This document shows positions 53,055 through 64,000 of a stretch of 64,000 nt of DNA, one piece after another. The DNA is taken from positions 87,854,001 through 87,918,000 of the forward strand of contig NC_043005.1 of NCBI RefSeq assembly GCF_006345805.1. Direction: 5' to 3'. A program made the translations under genes and the position numbers. This DNA is from Octopus sinensis (taxonomy: Eukaryota). Numbering within the stretch: position 1 is the stretch's first letter; every line of letters begins with the position of its first letter. Under the pieces are notes generated by a model. That model was not told the origin of the DNA. It saw only the letters and a list, made by a program, of their open reading frames with translations, and ran no database searches.

Positions 53055-53312
53055 CACCGGTTGTCAGGTGGTGATGGTGGTTGGGAGACAAACACACACA
53101 CAAAGACACAAACTCAATTTTATATATATATATATATTATATACATATACATATTCGTAGAGCCTCTTTCCGCGTCCGTCTACCAAATCCATTCATAAGG
53201 CTTTGGTCAGCCCAAAGCTATAGGAGAAGACAGGCGCGCAAGGTGTCACATAGTGGGAGTGAACCTGGATCGATGTGGTTGGGAAGCAAACAGCCTACCA
53301 CGCAGCCACTTT
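53055..53312 (-). mobile_element. SINE family B head and middle
   Basis: CGTCTACCAAATCCATTCATAAGGCTTTGGTC..GTGGTTGGGAAGCAA..CAGCCACT. Confidence 0.87.
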
Positions 53313-53577
53313 TGCACTCCATACATAAATATATGCATATATAATTCTCTATCTTTTTCCATATGTACGTGTGTGTGTTTGTGTGTGTGTATGTTATATG
53401 TGTATATGTAAGTATGTATATGTATATATAATTCCTGTGCCGTCTTTTGTCTGAAATACTTCTGTTTTACTGTCAAGCAAACATGATTATCTACAAAGCA
53501 GCTTTTATTCGTTAGTTATATTTCTTTCCCCGAGCTACTCAATAACTTCTTATTCTCTCTCACAATCACTCCTCCCT

Positions 53578-53619
<42 letters not shown>

Positions 53620-53891
53620 AAGTATATCTATACGCAAAATGTTTCAAAATTTCAACTGTACCACAAATAACTTGTATGTAGAACTCCATGTGTTTATGTT
53701 TTGTTCTTGCATTCCCGTTTGTACTAAACCAGTCATATGACTTGCTAGGTATCTCGAGGGTCGGAAAGTCACGGAGTACATTTACAAAACTGAACAAAAC
53801 ATGAGAAAATGCTTATAAACATTTTAGAAAGTAATTATTATATTGACAATCTCACGTGTTTCTTTGTTTTTTATTTTATATATATATTGAC

Positions 53892-54135
<244 letters not shown>

Positions 54136-54159
54136 ATATAGATTTTTTAAATATATATA

Positions 54160-55029
54160 CGGTGCGATGGGGTAATTGTCGCCATTTCATATTTTTAATT
54201 TTGCTCATGCACATTCTTTTTGATTTTTATAGACTATACAGTATTGTAGGGTCAGTTGGGAACCGACTGTGAGAAAAACAGCACTATGACACAATTCACT
54301 CTGCCAGAAATTTGGAAACGACATACTGTACTGCTTGCCACTTGCACCGCAAGTTCCATTACGAATATTTCCGAGTGTTTGGGTGACAATCTGAGGACAG
54401 TGCAATCTGAGGACATGTACTGAGTGTGATAAAAATCAAACAACCAGTCAACATCGTGGTGTTTTGGTGATCACTAGTGATGCCATGTTATGCCTCCATT
54501 TGTCTTCCCACATGGCTTCAGATTCAACACGGTTTCATGTGCCTAGAGGAGGTAGTGCTTCCCCGGATTAAGAGGGTGACTGCTGTAAGACCCTATATCT
54601 AGTAACAGGACTCTTCACCATGCCACACAATCAGGAGAACCTAGTCATGGCTGACAGATAAGTTTTGCGACCACATCACCCCTAACGTCTGGCCACCTAA
54701 CTTCCTACACTACAACACTTTGATTACTATATAAGGGGTGCAGTTGAGCGACAGATCAACAAAGCTCCTTGTAACAGCAAAGATGAATTGAAGGCAAGGA
54801 TTATGGCAGCATTCATCAACTTAAACAAGGAGGTGGTCAAGAAGAATTGCAGGAGATTCTGAAGTCGTCTGGAGGCTGTGGTTGAAGCCAATGGCGATTT
54901 TTAAAAATATATTTACTTTTTAGTATTTCAAGATATTTTAATGTAATTTTGGTAAATATATCTGTTAAAATGAGGTGTCAGCGTTATTTTCAATTTTGCG
55001 TAATTTAGACAAGTTTATTCACAGCTCTG
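54160..55029 (+). mobile_element. Internally deleted maT/DD37D-type transposon, same family as 26567-27394
   Basis: Colinear with 26567-27394 (CAGTATTGTAGGGTCAGTTGG, CTGCCAGAAATTTGGAAA, TGGCCACCTAAC, GAAGGCAAGGATTATGGCAGCATTC). Confidence 0.9.
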
Positions 55030-55035
55030 TGTGTG

Positions 55036-55084
<49 letters not shown>

Positions 55085-55654
55085 GTGATTATTTATAACT
55101 TTGGAACACGGTGTAAAGTATTGGTTACAAAAAACGCTTTGATGGTAAATAATCCTTCGGCCCACAATGTCTGTAAATATGACAGACGTTCTAAGCTTCC
55201 GAGACAACGTTTCGTATTCTCTCCGCTCATAGCAGATTAAACTCGCACGATGTTTGCATTATAGGAATTAAGTAACCTCAAGTGATATGAAGTTAATTAT
55301 TCTTAGTTGGAACTCCAAGTGAATAAGGCTAAAAGAATTAGCATGTTGAATATTTGATTTTTAAAAATCACTTGGATGGCAAAAGATTATCGCTTCTTCG
55401 CTTTACACTGTAAATCGGGATCGCTGTTGTGGTAGCGAAACCCAAGTACTCAGAGTGAAGTTGGCTGACATAGATTGACCTTGGAATCTGTCACGCATGC
55501 GTACCTGGTTATATCGTTCTCGCTCACTTCCGTTGTTTATAACTGCGTTTGAAAGTAAAATGCGTAGAGTGTGGTTGTCTCACGAAAACCACAGAAATTC
55601 CATCAGTAACGATGGCAAAGAAAACATGTGTATGTGTGGGGGGAAAGATGGGAA

Positions 55655-55660
55655 GAAAGC

Positions 55661-55692
<32 letters not shown>

Positions 55693-55736
55693 AAAAGAAA
55701 GAAGAAAGAAGAAAGAAAGAAAGAAAGAGAAAGAAA

Positions 55737-55824
<88 letters not shown>
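55655..55824. repeat. (AAAG)n microsatellite
   Basis: Direct reading. Confidence 0.97.
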
Positions 55825-56709
55825 CGTCAAAGAGAGAGTGCGTGAGTGGCATGAGAAAGCCTTGAAGATTATCAATAACTAAGAACCTTTCTAAAAATAA
55901 AATCCCACTTAAAAGGAAAATGATTCCAAAACGTTGAGGAACTTCACGTGAATGTGACGAGGATGCTGCTCGCTGTCCTTTAAAAAGAGTTCCATCAATG
56001 AAAACTATGCTGGATAAAGTGTGTGGCTTCAAAGGGGTCTACTCCGAATGAGATTAAACGCCTACTTGATATGTAAGGTAGTTTTGGTTTTGTAGCACAA
56101 GTCCCGATACTCTTTGACCACACCTCTACATCTCGTGCCTTCCCTCTTAAGCTTTTAACTTCAACTTTGTTCTAAACTATTCCATGATTCCTCTGGCAGT
56201 AAACTGGTAAACAAGCGAGAAACCATTTATTCTTCAAAAAGTAGATGAACGTAGGAGGTCTGTGAGTGCAACTAGAAAATCTTTTGTGCTTCCTGTATAG
56301 TATTTCTGAAAACTCTCTCCGCATCTAACTTTCGGAATACTTGAACAAATCTAAGCCCACAGAAGAAGTTCTTTGAATTACACGTAGATGATGTGTAGGT
56401 GCATTTTCGCTAACAACCAGTCGACCTGAACTAGGTTGATCAGGCCTAAACGTGCGTCGAAGTGATATTCTAATGATGACCCTCTTCCGCAAGAGCCATC
56501 AAGACCTCTCAGACGCCCTTGATGGCTCTTTTCATTTGGGTAGAAGTCTCACTAAATAGTAAATAATATGGTTTCTCTCTCTTTGTTGCCCCTAGAAAAC
56601 AGTCCTTTCAGAGGGTGACTAAGAATTCATCCTTTTCGCTTCAGTTCACTGATAACGACAGGAGGGAACCTGGACTAGGACCTTGGCGGTAGCTCACGAC
56701 TGTTCTTTC

Positions 56710-56935
56710 TTTTATTTGTTTCAGTCAATTTACTGCAGCCATGCTGGAGCATCGCCTTAAAGTGTTTTTGCGAACAGTTCTACACCAGGAATTATTTTGT
56801 AAGCCTAGTAAGTATTCTATCGATCTCTTTGTTGAATCGATAAGTTACAGGAACGTAAACACACCAACACCATTTGTTAAGTGATGACAAGGGCACACAG
56901 AAACAATGACATATACAAACACACACACACACACA
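56710..56935 (-). mobile_element. SINE family B 3' half
   Basis: TTTGTTTCAGTCAATTTACTGCAGCCATGCTGGAGC..GTAAGCCTAGTAAGTATTCTATCG. Confidence 0.88.
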
Positions 56936-56969
56936 CACACATATATAGATATATACGTGTGTGTGCCTG

Positions 56970-57465
56970 TGTGTCATCCTGGCCTCCTCAAAAGCTTTCA
57001 CTCCACTCCACACTTTTGTTCGCCATCCAACTCGATCCGAAGCAAGGGTTTATATGGCCTTTGGATCCATTCCAAGTGATTTCATGGTAGTCCTTATGCC
57101 GTCCATAAACCTCTTTTTAGGTTTACACCGATTGCGTTTCCCCTCGATAAGCTCGCCATAAATCAGAGGATCTATAAAAACCGAACCTCCACCAACTACT
57201 CTGCCTATATATACATGTGCACACCTTTCAGTGCTGTGTATACTATAAGTTCTGTGAATCTAACGGAGGCCTAAAAAGACATTTGAAGATCCACAAAGAT
57301 CAGAACTTGACTGCTGAGTTTTGATGGTTCAAATGAGATATGCAAGCTATGGGAATGTCTTTTCAATATAATGTCAGGTTTAAAAAGCGACATCAAACGC
57401 CATGATGGATCTAAGGTGTAAATACAAGAGGGTGTCAGACTCTGTATCAGGAGTAAACAAGCACC

Positions 57466-57470
<5 letters not shown>
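56970..57470. mobile_element. RTE-clade LINE 3' end with inverted 5' segment
   Basis: Minus 57163-56970: YGELIEGKRNRCKPKKRFMD..LASDRVGWR..FEEAR; plus 57226-57410: two decayed C2H2 fingers (FQCCVYYKFCESNGGLKRHLKIH; CKLWECLFNIMSGLKSDIKRH). Confidence 0.8.
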
Positions 57471-57504
<34 letters not shown>

Positions 57505-57561
57505 CGTGTGTGTGTGTGTGTGTGTGCGTGCGAGTGTGTGTGTGTGCGTGTGTGTGTGTGT

Positions 57562-57598
<37 letters not shown>

Positions 57599-57877
57599 AG
57601 GTTGAGAAGGAACACACGAGTTGATATATATATGGAAAAAAAGTCAAGATAGAAAATGCTAAAATAAATTTATAAAAATCATTCCAGTACCGGTTAGAAT
57701 CATTGAGACATTTTCAACTGTATGTATGGAAAACAAATTTTGGAAAAATAAAAAGAAAAGTTTTTAAAAGAATATTTGCATAGTATTCAAATACAAGGGG
57801 CATTTCCTTGTTTCTTTCTATCTCTGTCTCACTTGTTTACTCTTGTGGGTTCGGGGATATATATATATGTATATATA

Positions 57878-58100
57878 CAAAATTTATAGGACTGACCACT
57901 AAAAGTGGACAGCCATTATGCTAGATATAGACGTCAAAATCGCCATTTTCCACGAAGAATGTGTTCTCAAGAAAATAACTAAGCAAAAAACCAAAGTGTA
58001 AAAATAAGCAAGACAAAATAAAAATATACGAAAAAATAAAAACGGTTTTTCGTATCTAGCATTTCGTGTCCGCTTTTAGTGGTCAGTCCACTAAATTTTG
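57878..58100. mobile_element. Tc1/mariner-type MITE
   Basis: TA|CAAAATTTATAGGACTGACCACTAAAAGTGGACA ... TGTCCGCTTTTAGTGGTCAGTCCACTAAATTTTG|TA. Confidence 0.88.
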
Positions 58101-58204
58101 TATGTAAAAAATTTTTAATCTTCGGATTTTTACAAAAAATGCTAGGCCACTGGTTTTAATTGATTAATATCAATTTTTACCTTTATTTAATTTCATATAT
58201 ATAT

Positions 58205-58279
<75 letters not shown>

Positions 58280-58317
58280 GTATGTATATACGTATATATT
58301 GGTATACTTAATAAATA

Positions 58318-58367
<50 letters not shown>

Positions 58368-58584
58368 TGTTATATTTAATAAGTACATATAGACGCGCGC
58401 GCGTCTTTACTAAATATAGAAATTTTATATGAATGTAAATTCATTAGACAGATTTTTAGATAGTTCTCTACTATATTTTCCATACAATGTAACTTGTATA
58501 ATACCTGTCAAACATCTTTTGGAGATAACTTCATATCCTTTCCGGCGGTAGCGCCTCATACGCATGTACGTATATGTATGTATG

Positions 58585-58654
<70 letters not shown>

Positions 58655-58807
58655 TATGCTGTTATGTATGTATGTGCGTGTGTTTGTGTGTGTGTATGTA
58701 TATAAGTAGATATATGTAGGTGTATGCGCATTTATATATGTGCGTATGTATGTATATATATATATATGCATTTATGTGTGCATATGCATTTATATACATG
58801 TATATAT

Positions 58808-58922
58808 AGGTAGATAGATAGATAGGTAAGTTGGTAGGTAGGAAGATAGATAGATAGATAGATAGGTAGGTAGGTAGGTAGGTAGGTAGGTAGGTAGGTA
58901 GGTAGATAGATAGGTAGGTAGG

Positions 58923-59009
<87 letters not shown>

Positions 59010-59074
59010 GTAAGTAGGTAGGTAGGTAGGTAGGTAGGTAGGTAGGTAGGTAGGTAGGTAAGTAGGTAGGTAGA
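58808..59074. repeat. (GATA)n/(GGTA)n microsatellite
   Basis: Direct reading. Confidence 0.97.
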
Positions 59075-59664
59075 CTCGTATGCGTATGCTATTTATAAAA
59101 AAGTATTTCTTTTCATATCATACCTCTTTAAGTACACGTCCTCCAGCGTAACACATCTGTCACTGTTTGGCTCTATCAATCTATCATTCCCAAAGAACGT
59201 AAGAGTCTCTTCACGTCTTCGAACACACACAATGCTCCATTCATCCTATCAGGAAAGAGACACACTAAACCCCATAGAATTGCCACCTTTACCATTATGC
59301 ACTTTTACCATAGATCAACGCCAAACAAATGCAACACTGTTGATTATCCGCTGACAAAAACTACAGGAGAATTCTCAATCTTCAGACCACGTGACATATT
59401 GGAATGTCTGTGGCTTTTCAGTCCAATAGTTTATCAGTGTGTCATTGGAACGGATAAACTGACAGCTAGATTTGTAGGTCTCTTGTGTTTTGTGATTTGT
59501 CTTTCGAGAAAATATCTTTGATCAAGAATTCTCGAAAATGTAACGCGAATACGAAAGCATCGAATATAAATGGTACTTCATATGTGTTGTGTATATTCGT
59601 AAGTCACTAGGTTCAATTTCTGAATCTATTTGTATGTTGTTGTTGGCATTTCAATTCCAAAGTG

Positions 59665-59880
59665 CGTGGCCTTGTGGTTAGGGTAGTCGGATAACGATCG
59701 TAAGGTCGGGAGTTCAATTCCCAGCGGAGCGTGCTGTCTTTGAGCAAGGCACTTTATTTCACATTACTCCTGCTCCCTCTGTTGGCAAAAATGATTTGTA
59801 CCTGAAATTCAAAAGGTCTGCCTTATCACACGCTATGTCACACTGAATCACCCAGGGAAACAAATAAAAGTGCGGACACC
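59665..59880 (+). mobile_element. Degenerate SINE family C
   Basis: GTGGTTAGGG..GGAGTTCAATTCCC..TTTGAGCAAGGCACTTTATTTCAC. Confidence 0.75.
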
Positions 59881-60524
59881 TTTTATTGAGGAAGAATTTT
59901 AGTGAAAATGTCCCAGTTTTGTGTTGTTACTACTGAGCGCAGAAGACCTTTAGACACGGATAGATTCGAGTTTATCAAAGAAGGGCAGAAGTGATGTGTT
60001 ACAAAAGAGTCCTTCTCCTTCCTGAAGATTTTATCCAATGAGAGGCAAGGAATAAAGTCACAGAACTTTGCCTCTTGAAAAGCCAGAATAGCGGTATGAT
60101 AGCATTCTACCTTTTTATTTCTCCTTTCTTCTTTCATGTAGAATCAAATGAGCATGCGACATTCAGTTAAAATTCATAATTTCCTTTTTTCTATCCACGA
60201 CTGCAATATCTGAACTGTTGTGTTGAAATGGATTAGAAGTGAATCCTAATTGTCTAGGTAAGATTTGAAAAAGAACAAGGTGTTTCCCAAGGTGTCGAAG
60301 TCATCTTAGGTCAGACCAGATAAGGTTAGCTATCAACCATTCCTGACAGTTATGCAGACAGAAATAACTTATAATAAAATAAGAGTAGTTACGTGAATAA
60401 TGAAATGATGCAAGGTGTTTCAACTCTTCTCTCTTTAGAGGGAAGTCTCAAAACAATGTCACCTCAACATTTTCAAGAAATTATTGTAGACTCTGTTGAA
60501 TTATTAGTGAGCAACTGGTTGGCA

Positions 60525-60820
60525 CGTGACCTAGTGTTTAGGGTAATGCTCTCACGATCGCTAGATTGTTGGTTCGATTCCCGAACCGAGTGGCGCGTAG
60601 TGTTCTTGAGCAAAACACTTCATTTCTCGTTGCTGTAGCGCACTCATCTGTAAATGGATCACCCTGCGATGGGATAGCCTTCCGATCAGTGGCTATGGAC
60701 ATTGGCCTGCTTGCCGTGTCAGCGGGGTGGCATCACTCGAAAGCTCAAGTGATGCAAAGCGCATTTTGATCAGCGATGTATAACAACATCCGATAGTCTG
60801 GCGGATCACGTAATCACGTA
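60525..60820 (+). mobile_element. SINE with family C-like head and family D-like tail
   Basis: GTTCGATTCCC..GTGTTCTTGAGCAAAACACTT then CAGCGGGGTGGCATCACTCGAA..ATCACGTAATCACGT. Confidence 0.7.
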
Positions 60821-61894
60821 AAGCGCTATATATTAAATGGATTAAAATTCCCAGAAAATTTTATAAGTACCATAGATTGGTGGAATAAGTAGTTCAATGG
60901 ATTATTTACTTTGCAATAAGTATATTATTTCCGTTTTATTTTGTTTGTTTTTAAATCTCCGTCTTTAAACCCCATCAAAATTGCTAAATACCCCCACTTC
61001 ACCCGTCCAGTAACATACGCAATCGTGTTGTGATAATCTGGTATATCATTACTCTGGTTATTTAATAAAAGGGTACTTGAGTGATAGGAATTGTAAGACA
61101 ACCAGTCAAAATAGCTTAGATTAATATTGTTCCAGCCCTTTAAGTTCCGATTTTAAATCCTACCAGGAATCGATTTTTTAGACATCTGTACCTTTTTCCA
61201 GAGACGACAATATAATTACCGGCGCATAGATCGATTGATCTGAGAACAGTCTGACTTTGAATGTGTAGTCTAGTGCCTATGTTTCGAAGGATTATTATTA
61301 ATATTATTATCTTTAAACATAGGAGAATGGCTAGCGGAATATCTTCAGTAGTTAGTTTGGTCACACTACGTTTCCATATCAAAGAATATCCGTGAATCTT
61401 AAGTATTTTTTCCAAGACCGAGAAACTTTTTGATCAGCCTATAGAAACCTTTACAAACATGAAATCTTAGAATTCTCTCAGACATCAAAGAGATCAACCA
61501 ACTTTCGTCGCTTATTTAAGAAGAAATGTAACAAATGGAACAAAACGCAATGTCGTTCGATAAAAGGGTTACATTACCGGACTGGAAGCGATTGCAACGT
61601 GTGTTGTTTGTTGACTGCAAAACAACCAATGAATTCAGCGGTACGAAAATCTTTGTTGATTAATGAATTGAAAACACCTTTTCTGATATCAGGAATAACT
61701 GTTAAGTGGCCGACGAACTCTGTTGTGAAAATGAAATAGCAGAGTTAAAATTTCAGATATAAAAGATGTTTAGAAACTAAAAACGGTTCTATAAATTTAC
61801 AGTTCCTGGCAAGAGGTGACTTTGTAATGTTGGCTTCTTGCTGCTTTCTTTTTCAAATTGGTACTTATAATGTATTTATTTTTTATCTTTTGGT

Positions 61895-62090
61895 CGAGAC
61901 GACGAGCTGGAAGAACCGTTAGCACGCCGAAAAAAATGCTAAGGGGCATTTCACCCATCATTACGTTCTGATTTCAAATTTCGCCGAGGCCGATTATGCC
62001 TTTATTCTTTCAGGGTCCATAAAATAAGCATCATTTGAGCACGAGGTTCGATGTAATCCACTCGGCCAATATTTGAAGCCTATAGTATAA
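61895..62090 (+). mobile_element. Degenerate SINE family A
   Basis: GACGAGCTGGAAGAACCGTTAGCACGCCG..TACGTTCTGATTTCAAATT. Confidence 0.82.
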
Positions 62091-62679
62091 AACATTATTT
62101 ATCTTTTAGTCGGGTGTGAAGGTAATGCCCATGATCAATCACAGAGCCTCCAAGACTGGAGGAAGGAAGGAATACCCAAACGGGATATCTGGCACGAAAA
62201 CCACCACTTGACGGCATGGGTAACAATTGTGGTGTGGCTCTGACCAGAGAACCCGTTGGTGTGTTATTAAAGCGGGAGACGGATTTAAACTCAGAACTCA
62301 AGGAAGTGAAACAAACACAAGGCACCTGGTCCCACTTACCATGACCAACCCATTGTTTGGGATTTGCACTTTTTTATTATAGAGCTCCAAGAAAATGAAA
62401 ATCAAAGTTAATATCGTGAACTCGGTGGTATTTGAACACCGAGTGTTGAGATTTGGAAGAAACATCACGACGTGTTCTGCCCGATGCTCCATCGACTCTA
62501 TCAATTCACCGACAATCATCATAGTCAGCGTCGTCGCCAACCTCTGAACATTACAGAACTCACAGGGCTGTTTTCTCGGTTTCTATGGTGTAAAATTGAC
62601 TGGGGTTGCAAATCCCCACCTCCCCGCCCAACAGGGTGCTACTCCATTGCAAGGTTACTTTTTTACGGCTAAGTGAGCT

Positions 62680-62790
62680 GGAACAATGGAAAATGAAATG
62701 TTTTTCCTCGAGGACACAACCCACCGCCCGGTTCACGAATGGAAACCACTACTGCAAGAACGTGAGAGACGCACTCCTAACCACTAGACC
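62680..62790 (-). mobile_element. Degenerate tRNA-derived SINE head
   Basis: Minus strand GTGGTCTAGTGGTTAGG..TTCGTGAACC..TGTGTCCTCGAGGAAAAACA. Confidence 0.55.
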
Positions 62791-62924
62791 ACCTGCCTTC
62801 ATTCACCTTCTCTCATCGCTTTTATGACATAATTGAAAAGCTTCTTTGCTCACAAAATGAAAATGCAATGGATTTTGTTGTGAGAATTAAATTTAAGGTC
62901 CTCGCTAAGCTGATCTACCAATCA

Positions 62925-63592
62925 TTTACACACTGCTGAAAAGAGCAGAAGTCAGGTGCGCAAGACACCTTGTGCGAATGCCCGGCAATGTGACTCCCGG
63001 AGAAACTGCTTTACACCACAAACTGGCAGAAGGCAAAAACACGCATGGCGGTCAGAAAACGCACTTCAAGGACTCAGAGCTTCACTGAAGAGCTTTAACC
63101 CATTACGTCTCACTGTCCTATAAATAGGACACTAAATGAGAACATTAAATAAGCTATATCACATTGTCTCAGTGTCCTATTCATAGGAGACCGAGTATTT
63201 CCATATCTACTTGAATTAAAGGAGTTTTCATAATTATTTGTTTTAATTCTAACCTATTTTCAATCATCTGCAAATATTAAAAGTAATATTCAGCACTCTG
63301 AGACTTAATGGGTTAAGGTCAACGCCGACGAAGCAGAATCAACACACTGGTGCCACCTCCTACGAACAAGAGAGGATTGCAGGGAAAAAAAGAAAATGTG
63401 AACTACGCAAGTGCAGAGCCAAGTCTTTGCCTTCAGTTCCAAGAGACCATTATTGCCCGGCCTGCGCCAGAGACTTCCGGTCTTGCGTCAGCATGATTGG
63501 CCACAATCAGAAACACCAAGCCCTGTGCCCCGTGTTCCATCTTCTTCTCCCGTGTGATGTCCCAGGTCATCGTTGACAACTGCGGACAAACT
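62925..63592 (+). mobile_element. RTE-clade LINE 3' end with (TAA)n tail, interrupted by a MITE
   Basis: RCARHLVRMP..LAEGKNTHGGQKTHFKD; after the MITE, TGATSYEQERI..CPACARDFRSCVSMIGH; (TAA)n at 63593-63645. Confidence 0.85.
63099..63312. mobile_element. piggyBac-type MITE nested in the RTE
   Basis: TTAA|CCCATTACGTCTCA...TGAGACTTAATGGG|TTAA; homologous to 8699-8892. Confidence 0.9.
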
Positions 63593-63608
63593 AATAATAA
63601 TAATAATA

Positions 63609-63647
<39 letters not shown>

Positions 63648-64000
63648 TTTTATTATTTAAGTTTATATAGCTGTCAAGAATAGGTAATAGGTTAAAAGGT
63701 ACCTAACCTGACCTAAGCTGAACCTATGACATTGGAGGAAGTTCTTTTTTTAAATATACATTTTGTCTAGACATTGGGGATTATGTACTTAACCAGTTAA
63801 TGCTACTAAACAAGCGCAAAGTTGGTGTTTTTAATTCTGGCCCGACACGTCACCGAATTTATGACGAGGAAAGTAAAATCATTAAATTAAACTGTAGTAA
63901 ATTCATCATAGCGAAGCAAAGCGATAAAACTTGTCCATCATTTAAAAGTGGGAATAAACAAATATAAAGAAAAGGAAGAACATACGACAAAGCAAAGTCA

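Noticed and set aside
55497-55882. Lys/Glu/Arg-rich ORFs
   Set aside because: Translation of (AAAG)n
57660-57725. Possible Penelope-type terminal fragment with a ribozyme remnant on the minus strand
   Set aside because: Neither CTGANGA nor GAAA is intact in this copy

Overview
This is AT-rich, microsatellite-dense eukaryotic DNA. Its SINE, mariner and LINE content resembles what I know of octopus (coleoid cephalopod) genomes; that taxon call is inference. I can support no host protein-coding exon, tRNA or rRNA gene, and most ORF-track entries are translations of (TA)n, (CA)n, (GATA)n or (GAT)n repeats. The window is a mosaic of decayed mobile elements: tRNA-derived SINEs (four families, more than 25 pieces), Tc1/mariner/maT transposons and MITEs, piggyBac-type MITEs, Helitron-type elements, and LINEs of the Tx1/L1, RTE, CR1 and R4/Dong types. 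There is one 100-N gap (7871-7970). Three things stand out. (1) Several type I hammerhead ribozyme motifs of the Penelope/retrozyme kind, including a non-coding 558-bp monomer arranged as a ~1.47-kb palindrome with a hammerhead on each strand (39901-41369). (2) A Tx1-type LINE whose two copies both abut (GATA)n arrays in the same orientation, suggesting microsatellite targeting. (3) Many long inverted repeats with one arm ending exactly at a dinucleotide microsatellite. All alignments and folds were done by eye, so element boundaries are approximate; TIR, inverted-repeat and ribozyme coordinates were counted base by base.
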